From Candidatus Scatosoma sp. (lineage in GTDB: Bacteria > Bacillota > Clostridia > Christensenellales > Borkfalkiaceae), in assembly GCA_045128055.1 (NCBI GenBank), contig JBGVRC010000120.1:21133-85132 (forward strand): a stretch of 64,000 bases of DNA, given 5' to 3'. Below are positions 34,796-42,446 of the stretch, piece by piece. The notes under the pieces are model-generated. The model was not told the DNA's origin. It saw nothing but the letters and a program-made list of their open reading frames with translations, and searched no databases. The translations under genes were made by a program, and so were the position numbers. Positions within the stretch are counted from its first letter, which is position 1; each line of letters starts with the position of its first letter.

Positions 34796-34853
34796 ACAAG
34801 CCACCAGGTATGCGATGAAATAGAAAAAACAGTCTTTTTTAAGGCTGTTTTTT
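34796..34853. repeat. 57-nt repeat copy B (motif M13 + terminator hairpin)
   Basis: See copy A; 34796-34832 is identical to 27073-27109. Confidence 0.9.
34798..34819 (+). repeat. dispersed motif M13 (CCAGG class)
   Basis: Identical to M12; part of repeat copy B. Confidence 0.85.
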
Positions 34854-35112
34854 TAGTTTGTTTTTAAGTTTAATATTTCCATCAAAGCCTGCGCGCCCGT
34901 TTGAAAACTCAAAACGTAGAACTCTTTTTCTTCTTCTACATATCTTTTGTTTTTTAAATCGTCAAATCGCAACAAAAGATTTTTTTGCTCGTCCGTCAAG
35001 TTTTTTTTAATTCTTCGTTAATTGTAATTTTTTCCTTGCTTACCTTTGTTTCGTTATTATTTATCGGTTTTTCTATGGCTTCATAAAACAACTTTTCTAT
35101 AATCGACTGCAT
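34853..35112 (-). pseudogene. small helical protein gene interrupted at an A8 tract (frameshift or slippage)
   Basis: MQSIIEKLFYEAIEKPINNNETKVSKEKITINEELKK then TGA; the -1 frame continues NLTDEQKNLLLRFDDLKNKRYVEEEKEFYVLSFQTGAQALMEILNLKTN; T8 on the + strand at 35000-35007. Confidence 0.5.
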
Positions 35113-35134
35113 AAAACACCTTTTTTATTTTATT

Positions 35135-35170
35135 GGCTCTGTCACATCAACCATTTTCCGTGACACAGCC
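35135..35170. promoter_or_regulatory. inverted repeat in divergent control region
   Basis: GGCTCTGTCAC ... GTGACACAGCC (one mismatch). Confidence 0.5.
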
Positions 35171-35182
35171 ATTTTTATTATA

Positions 35183-35200
35183 ATAGCAATATATTGCTAT
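35183..35200. promoter_or_regulatory. 18-bp perfect palindrome, candidate XRE operator 1
   Basis: ATAGCAATATATTGCTAT. Confidence 0.6.
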
Positions 35201-35212
35201 GTCAAGCGTTTA

Positions 35213-35230
35213 ATAGCAAAATTTTGCTAT
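35213..35230. promoter_or_regulatory. 18-bp perfect palindrome, candidate XRE operator 2
   Basis: ATAGCAAAATTTTGCTAT, overlapping a TATAAT-like box. Confidence 0.6.
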
Positions 35231-35261
35231 AATATAATAAAATTAAAAAGGAAGTATAGAA

Positions 35262-35474
35262 ATGTACGGAAATAATATAAAAACGGCAAGATTAAACGCG
35301 GGGTTGACGCAAAAAGAAGTATCTGCAAAAACGGGAATCCCACAAAATACGATTTCTTGGATAGAGTTAGACAAAGGATTAGCCAACATAGAACAATGCA
35401 GATTGTTGGCGGAGTGTTACAATATTACGATAAACGAATTGATAGGAATAGAACCTAAAAAAGAATGGAAATAA
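35262..35474 (+). CDS. XRE-family helix-turn-helix regulator
   Basis: 70 aa; LTQKEVSAKTGIPQNTISWIE HTH. Confidence 0.85.
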   Translation: MYGNNIKTARLNAGLTQKEVSAKTGIPQNTISWIELDKGLANIEQCRLLAECYNITINELIGIEPKKEWK

Positions 35475-35477
35475 AAG

Positions 35478-35508
35478 AAAAACAGCCTTTTTTAAGGCTG
35501 TTTTTGCA
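35478..35508 (+). terminator. intrinsic terminator (third copy of CAGCC...GGCTG hairpin)
   Basis: AAAAACAGCCTTTTTTAAGGCTGTTTTT. Confidence 0.75.
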
Positions 35509-35561
35509 AGATGATCTTGCAGTCAATCTTACGGCAAGATGATCTTGCAGCCAGACTTACG
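35506..35561. repeat. 2 x 28-bp tandem repeat, each starting with a 15-bp palindrome
   Basis: GCAAGATGATCTTGCAG+TCAATCTTACG / GCAAGATGATCTTGCAG+CCAGACTTACG, followed by partial TCTTGCAAACG. Confidence 0.85.
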
Positions 35562-35627
35562 TCTTGCAAACGTTCTTTAAGTTTATAAACGACTGTATAA
35601 ATTTCGTACTTTCTATAAGAATAAAAA

Positions 35628-35656
35628 TTAAAGCACAGGATTTCCTGTGCTTTTTA
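35628..35656. terminator. bidirectional terminator
   Basis: AGCACAGG-loop-CCTGTGCT with A-rich and T-rich flanks. Confidence 0.65.
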
Positions 35657-35678
35657 CGTTATGTATTCGTTAAGCTGT

Positions 35679-36377
35679 TTAGTCAGTAACTTCTTCCGTT
35701 GAAGTAATCGGCGTTTTCTTGAAAAGACAAGGCATTACGATGCACGTGCAAACTAAGTATCCTATAAGACAAATATATGCCAAAATACCGCACGTATCAA
35801 TCAATCCAAACCAGAATTTTAAAGCCTTTCCGTTTTTAGCAATAGCCTTGAAGATGGAAATGAAAATCCAGAAAACGATGGGCGCAAATTCGAAAATAAG
35901 CGTAGGAATAAAGAAATTCTTTGCCGTTTTTTCTTCGGGGGATAATTTCCAAGTCGTTTCTTCTTCAAACGTAGCCGTGTTTATCCAAGGTTGGAATTTG
36001 ATGCCGCCAAACGTGCTGATATAGAACGTGATTTGCAGGTTGAACCATTGGAAATAGAAGAAGAAGCTGAAAAATGCAATCAGTATTCTTAAAAAGAAGA
36101 TAAAGGACGTCGTGCAGAATAAAACAACGGCTTTCGGAGCAGGGTGCATATCCTTGGTACGTTCTTTTTCCCAAGATTCCAAATACGAACAAGGCGAAAG
36201 GAGCGCGTTATAGAAGAACAACGCTACGTAGTAGCCTACAACGCCAAAAAATGCGAACACGTAGAAAGGAATCATGCAAACGATGGCAAAAATCTTTAAA
36301 AGAAGGTTTAAGCGTTTGTACTGAATACCCTTTTTCGCTTCTGCCAACAAAGAGCCGATAAGTTTTTGATAATCCAT
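35679..36377 (-). CDS. hypothetical polytopic membrane protein
   Basis: 232 aa from MDYQKLIGSL (AAGGAG RBS; TTGACA / TGgTATAAT promoter upstream); ORF-track extension rejected. Confidence 0.6.
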   Translation of the reverse strand: MDYQKLIGSLLAEAKKGIQYKRLNLLLKIFAIVCMIPFYVFAFFGVVGYYVALFFYNALLSPCSYLESWEKERTKDMHPAPKAVVLFCTTSFIFFLRILIAFFSFFFYFQWFNLQITFYISTFGGIKFQPWINTATFEEETTWKLSPEEKTAKNFFIPTLIFEFAPIVFWIFISIFKAIAKNGKALKFWFGLIDTCGILAYICLIGYLVCTCIVMPCLFKKTPITSTEEVTD

Positions 36378-36480
36378 AAAAACACTCCTTAAAACATAAG
36401 TGTTTTTATTATATACCACAAAATATATTATGTCAAGGGGTTTACTTTTTTTATTTAAACAAAATTTTTGACTATGAAAT

Positions 36481-36511
36481 ACCCCCAAAAAGATATAACC
36501 TTTTTGGGGGT
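36481..36511 (-). terminator. hairpin downstream of clpX
   Basis: 12-bp stem ACCCCCAAAAAG / CTTTTTGGGGGT; weak T-run. Confidence 0.45.
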
Positions 36512-36537
36512 AGATGATACACCGATTAGATGCAAGC

Positions 36538-37782
36538 TTAGCTTGCTTTTTTGTAGACAAGCTTGGGCGTTGCGCCGTTGGTTAAGCAGTCTTTGGTGAT
36601 GACGACTTCTTCTACGTCCGTTTCCGACGGGATTTTGTACATAACTTCCGTCATTACGTTTTCGATAATCGTTCTAAGCCCGCGCGCGCCCGTTTTTAAG
36701 CGGATTGCCGTCTGCGCGATTTCGCGTACCGCGTCGTCTTCCACCGTCAATTTTACGCCGTCAAAGCCCACTAATTTTTGGTATTGCTTGATGATGGCGT
36801 TCTTGGGTTCGGTTAAGATTTTTACAAGCGCGTTTTCGTCTAACGGGTCGAGATTGACCACGATGGGAATTCTACCCACGAACTCGGGAATCAGCCCGAA
36901 TTTGGTCAAATCCTGCGGTTTTACGTCTTCTAAAACGGAGTAGTCCGCTTCGTTTGCGCCCAAACGTACTTTGCCGCCAAAACCCAGCGTCGTGTCGTCC
37001 TTTCTTGACGAAACGATTTTATCCAAGCCCACGAATGCGCCGCCGCAAATGAATAAAATATTCGTCGTGTCGATACGCAGACATTCCTGACCGGGGTGTT
37101 TTCTGCCGCCCTGCGGGGGTACGCTTGCCGTCGTGCTTTCGATAATCTTTAAAAGCGCCTGCTGTACGCCTTCGCCCGAAACGTCGCGGGTGATGGATAC
37201 GTTTTCGCTCTTTCTGGCAATCTTGTCGATTTCGTCGATATAGATAATGCCGCGTTGTGCGCGTTCGATGTCGTAATCGGCGTTTTGGATAAGCTTCAAT
37301 AAAATATTTTCTACGTCTTCGCCAACGTAGCCCGCTTCCGTGAGCGTGGTTGCGTCCGAAGTTGCGAAAGGCACGTTTAAAATTTTAGCAAGCGTCCGCG
37401 CGAGCAGGGTTTTGCCGCTGCCCGTAGGACCGAGCAAAAGAACGTTGCTCTTTTCGATTTCTATGCCGTCGTCGTCCGATTTTTTCGTCTTGGCAAGGGC
37501 GTTGATACGCTTGTAATGGTTGTAAACCGCTACGGACAAAACGCGTTTCGCTTTGTCCTGGCCGACGATGTAATTATCCAGCTCGGCTTTGATTTCAGCG
37601 GGTTTTTTAAGGGGGATTTCTTCTGCGGGAGAAGAATGTTCCGTCATCCATTCGTCCACCATGGATTTGCAAATTTCAACGCATTCGTCGCAAATGCAAA
37701 CCCCGTCGGGACCGGAAATTAAACGGCGGGTTTCTTCTTTTTCTTTGCCGCAAAAAGAACAATGTTGATGATTATTTGACAT
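36538..37782 (-). CDS. clpX: ATP-dependent Clp protease ATP-binding subunit ClpX
   Basis: CSFCGK zinc-finger start, GPTGSGKT Walker A; ATG at 37782 with GGAG RBS. Confidence 0.97.
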   Translation of the reverse strand: MSNNHQHCSFCGKEKEETRRLISGPDGVCICDECVEICKSMVDEWMTEHSSPAEEIPLKKPAEIKAELDNYIVGQDKAKRVLSVAVYNHYKRINALAKTKKSDDDGIEIEKSNVLLLGPTGSGKTLLARTLAKILNVPFATSDATTLTEAGYVGEDVENILLKLIQNADYDIERAQRGIIYIDEIDKIARKSENVSITRDVSGEGVQQALLKIIESTTASVPPQGGRKHPGQECLRIDTTNILFICGGAFVGLDKIVSSRKDDTTLGFGGKVRLGANEADYSVLEDVKPQDLTKFGLIPEFVGRIPIVVNLDPLDENALVKILTEPKNAIIKQYQKLVGFDGVKLTVEDDAVREIAQTAIRLKTGARGLRTIIENVMTEVMYKIPSETDVEEVVITKDCLTNGATPKLVYKKAS

Positions 37783-37821
37783 AATTAACTCCAAATTTTG
37801 ATAAAAACGAAGCGGGTTTGC

Positions 37822-38415
37822 TTATTGACGGCTGGTGAATACTTTGTCAATCAAGCCGTATTCCTGCGCTTCGTCCGCGGACATATAATTGTCGCGGTCG
37901 GTATCTTTTTCGATGACGGAAAGCTTTTTGCCCGTGTTTTCCGACAAGATTTTGTTCAGCTTTGCCTTGGTACGCAAAATGTGTTCGGCTTGGATTTTGA
38001 TATCGCTTGCCTGACCCTGCGCGCCGCCTAAGGGTTGGTGAATCATAATTTCGGAGTTGGGCAAAGCGTAACGCTTGCCTTTCGCGCCGCTGGAAAGCAA
38101 GAACGCGCCCATGGACGCCGCCATGCCCACGCAAATGGTGGATACGTCGCACTTGATATAGTTCATCGTGTCGTAAATCGCCATACCCGCCGAAACGCTG
38201 CCGCCGGGGGAGTTGATGTACAAGCTGATGTCTTTGGTGGAATCTTTGCCTTCCAAATAAATGAGCTGCGCAACGACGGTGTTTGCAAGCGCGTCGTTGA
38301 TTTCGCCGCTTAAAAAGATGATTCTGTCGTCCAAAAGACGGGAATATAAATCGTACGTGCGTTCGCCCGAAGACGTGCGTTCTACTACGTAGGGAATTAA
38401 AACATTACTGCTCAT
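37822..38415 (-). CDS. clpP: ATP-dependent Clp protease proteolytic subunit
   Basis: 197 aa; GMAASMGA active-site Ser region and RIIFL motif. Confidence 0.97.
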   Translation of the reverse strand: MSSNVLIPYVVERTSSGERTYDLYSRLLDDRIIFLSGEINDALANTVVAQLIYLEGKDSTKDISLYINSPGGSVSAGMAIYDTMNYIKCDVSTICVGMAASMGAFLLSSGAKGKRYALPNSEIMIHQPLGGAQGQASDIKIQAEHILRTKAKLNKILSENTGKKLSVIEKDTDRDNYMSADEAQEYGLIDKVFTSRQ

Positions 38416-38502
38416 AATAGTTTCCTTTTTAGTTTGTCAACGCCGCAAAAACAATCTTTTGCGGCGTTGGAATTTCGTTTTGTTTTCGTATTGTTATGGA
38501 AA

Positions 38503-39804
38503 TTACGCTTCTTCAACGTACATTTCGTTGTTTGCTTTCAAGAACGAGAAGAGCTTGGTGATTACGATATCGCTGCGGATATAGTCGAATTGACGGGGAT
38601 CCATATTCTTCTTGTATTCTTCCGTCGTCTTTTCAACGGACGCAGCTTGTTCTGCAACCTTTGCGTCAACTTCTTCTTCCGTAGCTTCCAAGTTTTCTTC
38701 CTTGATGATTTGGGAGATGATAAGTTGATTGAGAACGTTCTTCTTCGCTAGTTCGTCGTAGTTCTTTCTGAAATCTGCAACGGAAATCTTCAAGAAGTCG
38801 AGATAGTCTTGCAACTTCAAGCCCTGGTACATAAGTTGATATTCGAACTTTTGAACAAGGCCGTCTACTTCTTTTTCAATCATAGCTTGGGGAATTTCCG
38901 CTTCCGCGTTCGCTGCGATTGCTTCCAAAATGCTGTTTTCCGTAGCGTCGTTTGCGCGGCGGTCAGCTTGTTGTTGCAATCTTTCCGTAGCCTTTGCTTT
39001 GTACGCTTCTACCGTTTCGTTGCCCGTAGCTTCCTTGATAAATTCGTCGGTGAGTTCGGGAAGTTCTTTTGCCTTCAAAGCGTTGAGCTTCACTGCGAAT
39101 ACAGCCGCCTTACCCTTCAAGTTTTCCGCTTGGTAATTTTCGGGGAAGGTTACGTTGATATCTTTGGTTTCGCCGATGTTCATACCGATAACTTGGTCTT
39201 CAAAACCGGGGATAAATTGACCGCTGCCAAGCGTCAAATCAAAGCCTTCCGCTTCGCCGCCGTCGAACTTAACGCCGTCAACGCTGCCGCTAAAATCGAT
39301 GTTTGCGATGTCGCCGTTTGCCGCTGCGCGGTCGGTTACGTCTACTTTACGAGCGTTTCTGTCAAGTACGCGGTCGATTTCAGCCTGCACTTCTTCGTCT
39401 TTTACAGTATACGCGAACTGCTTGATTTTCATACCCTTATAGGAAGAAATTTTCACTTCGGGTTTTACGGGAACGATAGCAACGAGGGTTACGCCGTCGT
39501 CTTCAAGCTTTTCAACGGATACTTCGGGGTCGCCGACAACCGTGTATTTAGCCGCGTCTTTTTCCAAAACCTTGCCGTAGTTTTCAGCGAAAAGGTTGTT
39601 GAGCGCTTCTTCGTAGAATACGCCTTTGCCGTACGCGTTTTCGATTACGTTTTTAGGCGCTTTGCCTTTACGGAAGCCGTTGATGGCAAATTTGTTTCTC
39701 AATTTAAGGTATGCGCTTTGTTGCGCTGCCTTCCATTCTTCGCCGTCGAATTTGAGCGTGATTTTTACCGTGCTCTTTTCTGCTGCTTTGCTAGTGTGTT
39801 TCAT
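38503..39804 (-). CDS. tig: trigger factor
   Basis: GFRKGKAP ribosome-binding signature; FKBP-type middle domain; ATG at 39804 after AGGAGA. Confidence 0.93.
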   Translation of the reverse strand: MKHTSKAAEKSTVKITLKFDGEEWKAAQQSAYLKLRNKFAINGFRKGKAPKNVIENAYGKGVFYEEALNNLFAENYGKVLEKDAAKYTVVGDPEVSVEKLEDDGVTLVAIVPVKPEVKISSYKGMKIKQFAYTVKDEEVQAEIDRVLDRNARKVDVTDRAAANGDIANIDFSGSVDGVKFDGGEAEGFDLTLGSGQFIPGFEDQVIGMNIGETKDINVTFPENYQAENLKGKAAVFAVKLNALKAKELPELTDEFIKEATGNETVEAYKAKATERLQQQADRRANDATENSILEAIAANAEAEIPQAMIEKEVDGLVQKFEYQLMYQGLKLQDYLDFLKISVADFRKNYDELAKKNVLNQLIISQIIKEENLEATEEEVDAKVAEQAASVEKTTEEYKKNMDPRQFDYIRSDIVITKLFSFLKANNEMYVEEA

Positions 39805-39983
39805 AATTGTCTCCTGCATATATATGATTGTTTTTTATTTTTTGTTTACACTGCCTTATATTCTACCATATTTAAAAAAGAAAATAAAGCGTTTTTTGCT
39901 CGTTTTTATTTACAATTTGCATTTTTTGCGGTATAATTAAAGGAAAGACGAGTCGTTTTTTATTTTACCCAAAGGAGAGATAT

Positions 39984-41705
39984 ATGCCGCAGGACGCCTT
40001 TCATATCAAAAGACTTACCGCCGAGCTGCGGGATTTTCTCGTCGGTGGGAAGATAAACCGCATTTCCCAAGTCAACAAAGACGAGCTTACCCTTATTATA
40101 TACACCGGAAAAAGCACAATTAAACTCATTTTAAGCGCAAATGCGTCAAATGCTCGCGTTTGTTTGTCTTTAACGGAAAAAGAGCCCGCCCCCGTTGCGC
40201 CGAATTTTTGTATGTTGCTTAGAAAACACCTGCAAGGCGCGGAGATTTTGGACGTTCGGCAACACGAGTTCGAGCGTATCATTGAAATCGATTTCCATTG
40301 CACCACCGATTTTTCGGAGAGCAAGCGCACCTTGCATTGCGAGCTGATGGGGAAATACTCCAACGTGATTTTGACGGAAAACGGGGTGATTTTGGGCGCG
40401 TTGAAAACGACGGCTTTGGAAGACAATTCCCGTCGGATTTTCCTTTCGGGCGCGAAGTATTCCTACCCCCCTGCGCAGGACAAATTAAGCATTTTGGACG
40501 GGGCAGGTATGCGTTCACGCTTGGAAAGTCGTTTTTTGGGTTGTATGGAAAGCTTGGATGAAGAAGCCCTTGCGTTCTTTATTTTCGAAAACGTTTCGGG
40601 GTTGGCTTTGCCTACGGCAAGAGAAATCGTTTTGCGGGCGAAAAAGCAAGCGGGAAGCCTTGCGTTGACCCTTTCTCCGTCGTCGAAAGCGCCGATTTGG
40701 GAGTTTATCAAGGAGTTTTGCTTAAACGAGCCTTGCGTTCCTTGCGTAAAGGTGGAAAAGGGCGAATACGTGGACTTTTTTGCCTTTTGGGTAGACGGCG
40801 GCGTAGAAATGCCGTCGCTTTGTAAGGCGGAAGACGATTTTTTCACCCGTCGGGAAGGGAAAAAGGATTTTGAAAACAAAAAGCGCAAGCTGGAAAACAC
40901 GGCGCGCGCTTTGAAAAAGAAACAAACGAAAAAGTTGCAGGATACCTTGGAACGGTTGAAGGACGCGGAAAAAGCGGAAGAATACCGCATAAAAGGCGAG
41001 CTGTTGACGGCGAATTTATACCGCGTGGAAAAGGGCTCGATCGGCGTAGAGCTGGAAAACTGGTACGAAGACGGCTGTCCGCGCGTCAAAATTGCGTTGG
41101 ACGCGACCCTGTCCCCTGCAAAAAACGCGCAACGGTATTTTAAGACGTACAATAAATACAAGCGCGCGAAAGAAGTTTTGTTGCCGATGTTGGAGAGTGA
41201 AAAAGCGGAAATTGAGTACACGGACAGCGTGCTTTGTTCGATTTTGCTTGCGGAAACCGCGGAAGATTTAAAGGAAATCGAAGCGGAGCTTATCGAGCTT
41301 GGATTGCTTCGCGCGCCTGCTTTGCGGGCGGGGGCAAAGCGCAAGGAAATTGTCACGCCGTTTAGAGAATACGAGTTTGACGGGGTAAAAATTTACGCAG
41401 GACGCAACAATTTACAAAACGATAGGTTGCTTCGTTTGGCTGACCCCGACGATATTTGGCTGCACACGCAAAAATACCATTCTTCGCACGTAATTATTGC
41501 CATTCGTGGGGGGCAGGTACGCGATGAACTGCTTTTATATGCGGCGGAAATATGCGCGTATTATTCGGACGCGCAAGGCGGCGACAAAATCCCCGTCGAT
41601 TACTGTCCAAGAAAATTTGTCAAAAAGCCGAGCAAAAGCAAAGCGGGTTTTGTCACCTATACCAACTATAAAACGGTGCTGGTTACGCCAAACGCGCATA
41701 AATAA
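39984..41705 (+). CDS. rqcH: NFACT-family ribosome quality control protein RqcH (FbpA-like)
   Basis: 573 aa; NFACT-N start (LTAELRDFLVGGKINRISQ) and C-terminal DUF814 region (WLHTQKYHSSHVII). Confidence 0.88.
   Translation: MPQDAFHIKRLTAELRDFLVGGKINRISQVNKDELTLIIYTGKSTIKLILSANASNARVCLSLTEKEPAPVAPNFCMLLRKHLQGAEILDVRQHEFERIIEIDFHCTTDFSESKRTLHCELMGKYSNVILTENGVILGALKTTALEDNSRRIFLSGAKYSYPPAQDKLSILDGAGMRSRLESRFLGCMESLDEEALAFFIFENVSGLALPTAREIVLRAKKQAGSLALTLSPSSKAPIWEFIKEFCLNEPCVPCVKVEKGEYVDFFAFWVDGGVEMPSLCKAEDDFFTRREGKKDFENKKRKLENTARALKKKQTKKLQDTLERLKDAEKAEEYRIKGELLTANLYRVEKGSIGVELENWYEDGCPRVKIALDATLSPAKNAQRYFKTYNKYKRAKEVLLPMLESEKAEIEYTDSVLCSILLAETAEDLKEIEAELIELGLLRAPALRAGAKRKEIVTPFREYEFDGVKIYAGRNNLQNDRLLRLADPDDIWLHTQKYHSSHVIIAIRGGQVRDELLLYAAEICAYYSDAQGGDKIPVDYCPRKFVKKPSKSKAGFVTYTNYKTVLVTPNAHK
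40496..40518 (+). repeat. dispersed motif M14 (G-run class)
   Basis: GGACGGGGCAGGTATGCGTTCAC; 13/15; sense in rqcH (DGAGMRS). Confidence 0.75.
41505..41528 (+). repeat. dispersed motif M15 (G-run class)
   Basis: CGTGGGGGGCAGGTACGCGATGAA; 15/15; sense in rqcH (RGGQVRDE). Confidence 0.9.
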
Positions 41706-41709
41706 TAAG

Positions 41710-41740
41710 AAAAAACCCGTCTTAATAGACGGGTTTTATA
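41710..41740. terminator. bidirectional terminator between rqcH and engB
   Basis: AAAAAACCCGTC-TTAATA-GACGGGTTTT. Confidence 0.8.
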
Positions 41741-41753
41741 TTTTGTGAATTGC

Positions 41754-42422
41754 TTATTCATTATCAGGTTCGTCGTTAACGTAGACGGGGGCGTTGGCGG
41801 TGTCGATAATATCGCGCAATTTTTTCAGGACGCTATCTTTGCCATAGCCCGTTTCGCTACTGGTCGCAAGCATATTATCAGGGGCGAGATACAAATCTGC
41901 CGCAATCGCCTTTAAATGCTCTTTCAGCTTCATTTTCGAAAGCTTGTCCGACTTGGTCAAAACAATGGTAAACGGCAGGGTGTAATAGTGCAAATACTGT
42001 ATCATTTGCACGTCGTCCGCCGTGGGATCGTGACGGGAATCGACAAGCATAAACACGTGCGCGATTTTTTCTCTATCGGTAAAGAAGCTGTCGAGCGTTT
42101 TCGCCCACTTTTCCTTTTCGCCCTTGGATACGCGCGCAAAGCCGTAACCGGGCAGGTCGGCAAGGATAAACTCGCCGAAATCAAAATAGTTGACAAGGCG
42201 GGTTCTACCAGGCTCGCTACTCGTTTTCGCGAGCTTTTTTTGGTTCGCCATCATATTGATAAAGGAGCTTTTTCCGACGTTGGATTTACCGCAAACGGCA
42301 ATCATCGGTTTGTCGGGCTGAATAAACTGCTCCCTTTTCGCCGCCGAAGTGATAAAGGTGGCGTTTTTTATGACGAGCGCGGGCTCGGCTTTTTCTTTCT
42401 TTGGATAATTCGGCGCGTACAT
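41754..42422 (-). CDS. engB: ribosome biogenesis GTPase EngB/YsxC
   Basis: 222 aa; GKSNVGKSS G1 motif and DLPGYG G3 motif. Confidence 0.9.
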   Translation of the reverse strand: MYAPNYPKKEKAEPALVIKNATFITSAAKREQFIQPDKPMIAVCGKSNVGKSSFINMMANQKKLAKTSSEPGRTRLVNYFDFGEFILADLPGYGFARVSKGEKEKWAKTLDSFFTDREKIAHVFMLVDSRHDPTADDVQMIQYLHYYTLPFTIVLTKSDKLSKMKLKEHLKAIAADLYLAPDNMLATSSETGYGKDSVLKKLRDIIDTANAPVYVNDEPDNE

Positions 42423-42432
42423 GGTAGCCCCC
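42409..42432 (-). repeat. dispersed motif M16 (CATG class)
   Basis: - strand reads GGGGGCTACCATGTACGCGCCGAA; 13/15; contains the engB SD and start codon. Confidence 0.75.
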
Positions 42433-42446
42433 TTTTGTAAAATTCG

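Larger units (their letters stand above)
34796..36537. other. AT-rich insertion 2 (XRE switch module + membrane protein, no recombinase)
   Basis: Lower GC between jag and clpX; starts at repeat copy B; carries a third copy of the CAGCC...GGCTG terminator at 35478. Confidence 0.5.

Noticed and set aside
34796-36537. Calling the AT-rich blocks bona fide mobile elements
   Set aside because: No integrase, transposase, terminal inverted repeats or target-site duplication could be identified. They are reported only as AT-rich insertions of unknown origin.
38809-39936. 375-aa + strand ORF, and similar long shadows at 40463-41356, 32708-33676, 56642-57538, 6820-7641, 47734-48516 and 16492-17565
   Set aside because: Each lies antisense to, or out of frame within, a confidently identified conserved gene (tig, rqcH, yidC, lysS, the lipoprotein, rng, gerA subunits). 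Their compositions are odd (Arg/Phe/Val-rich).
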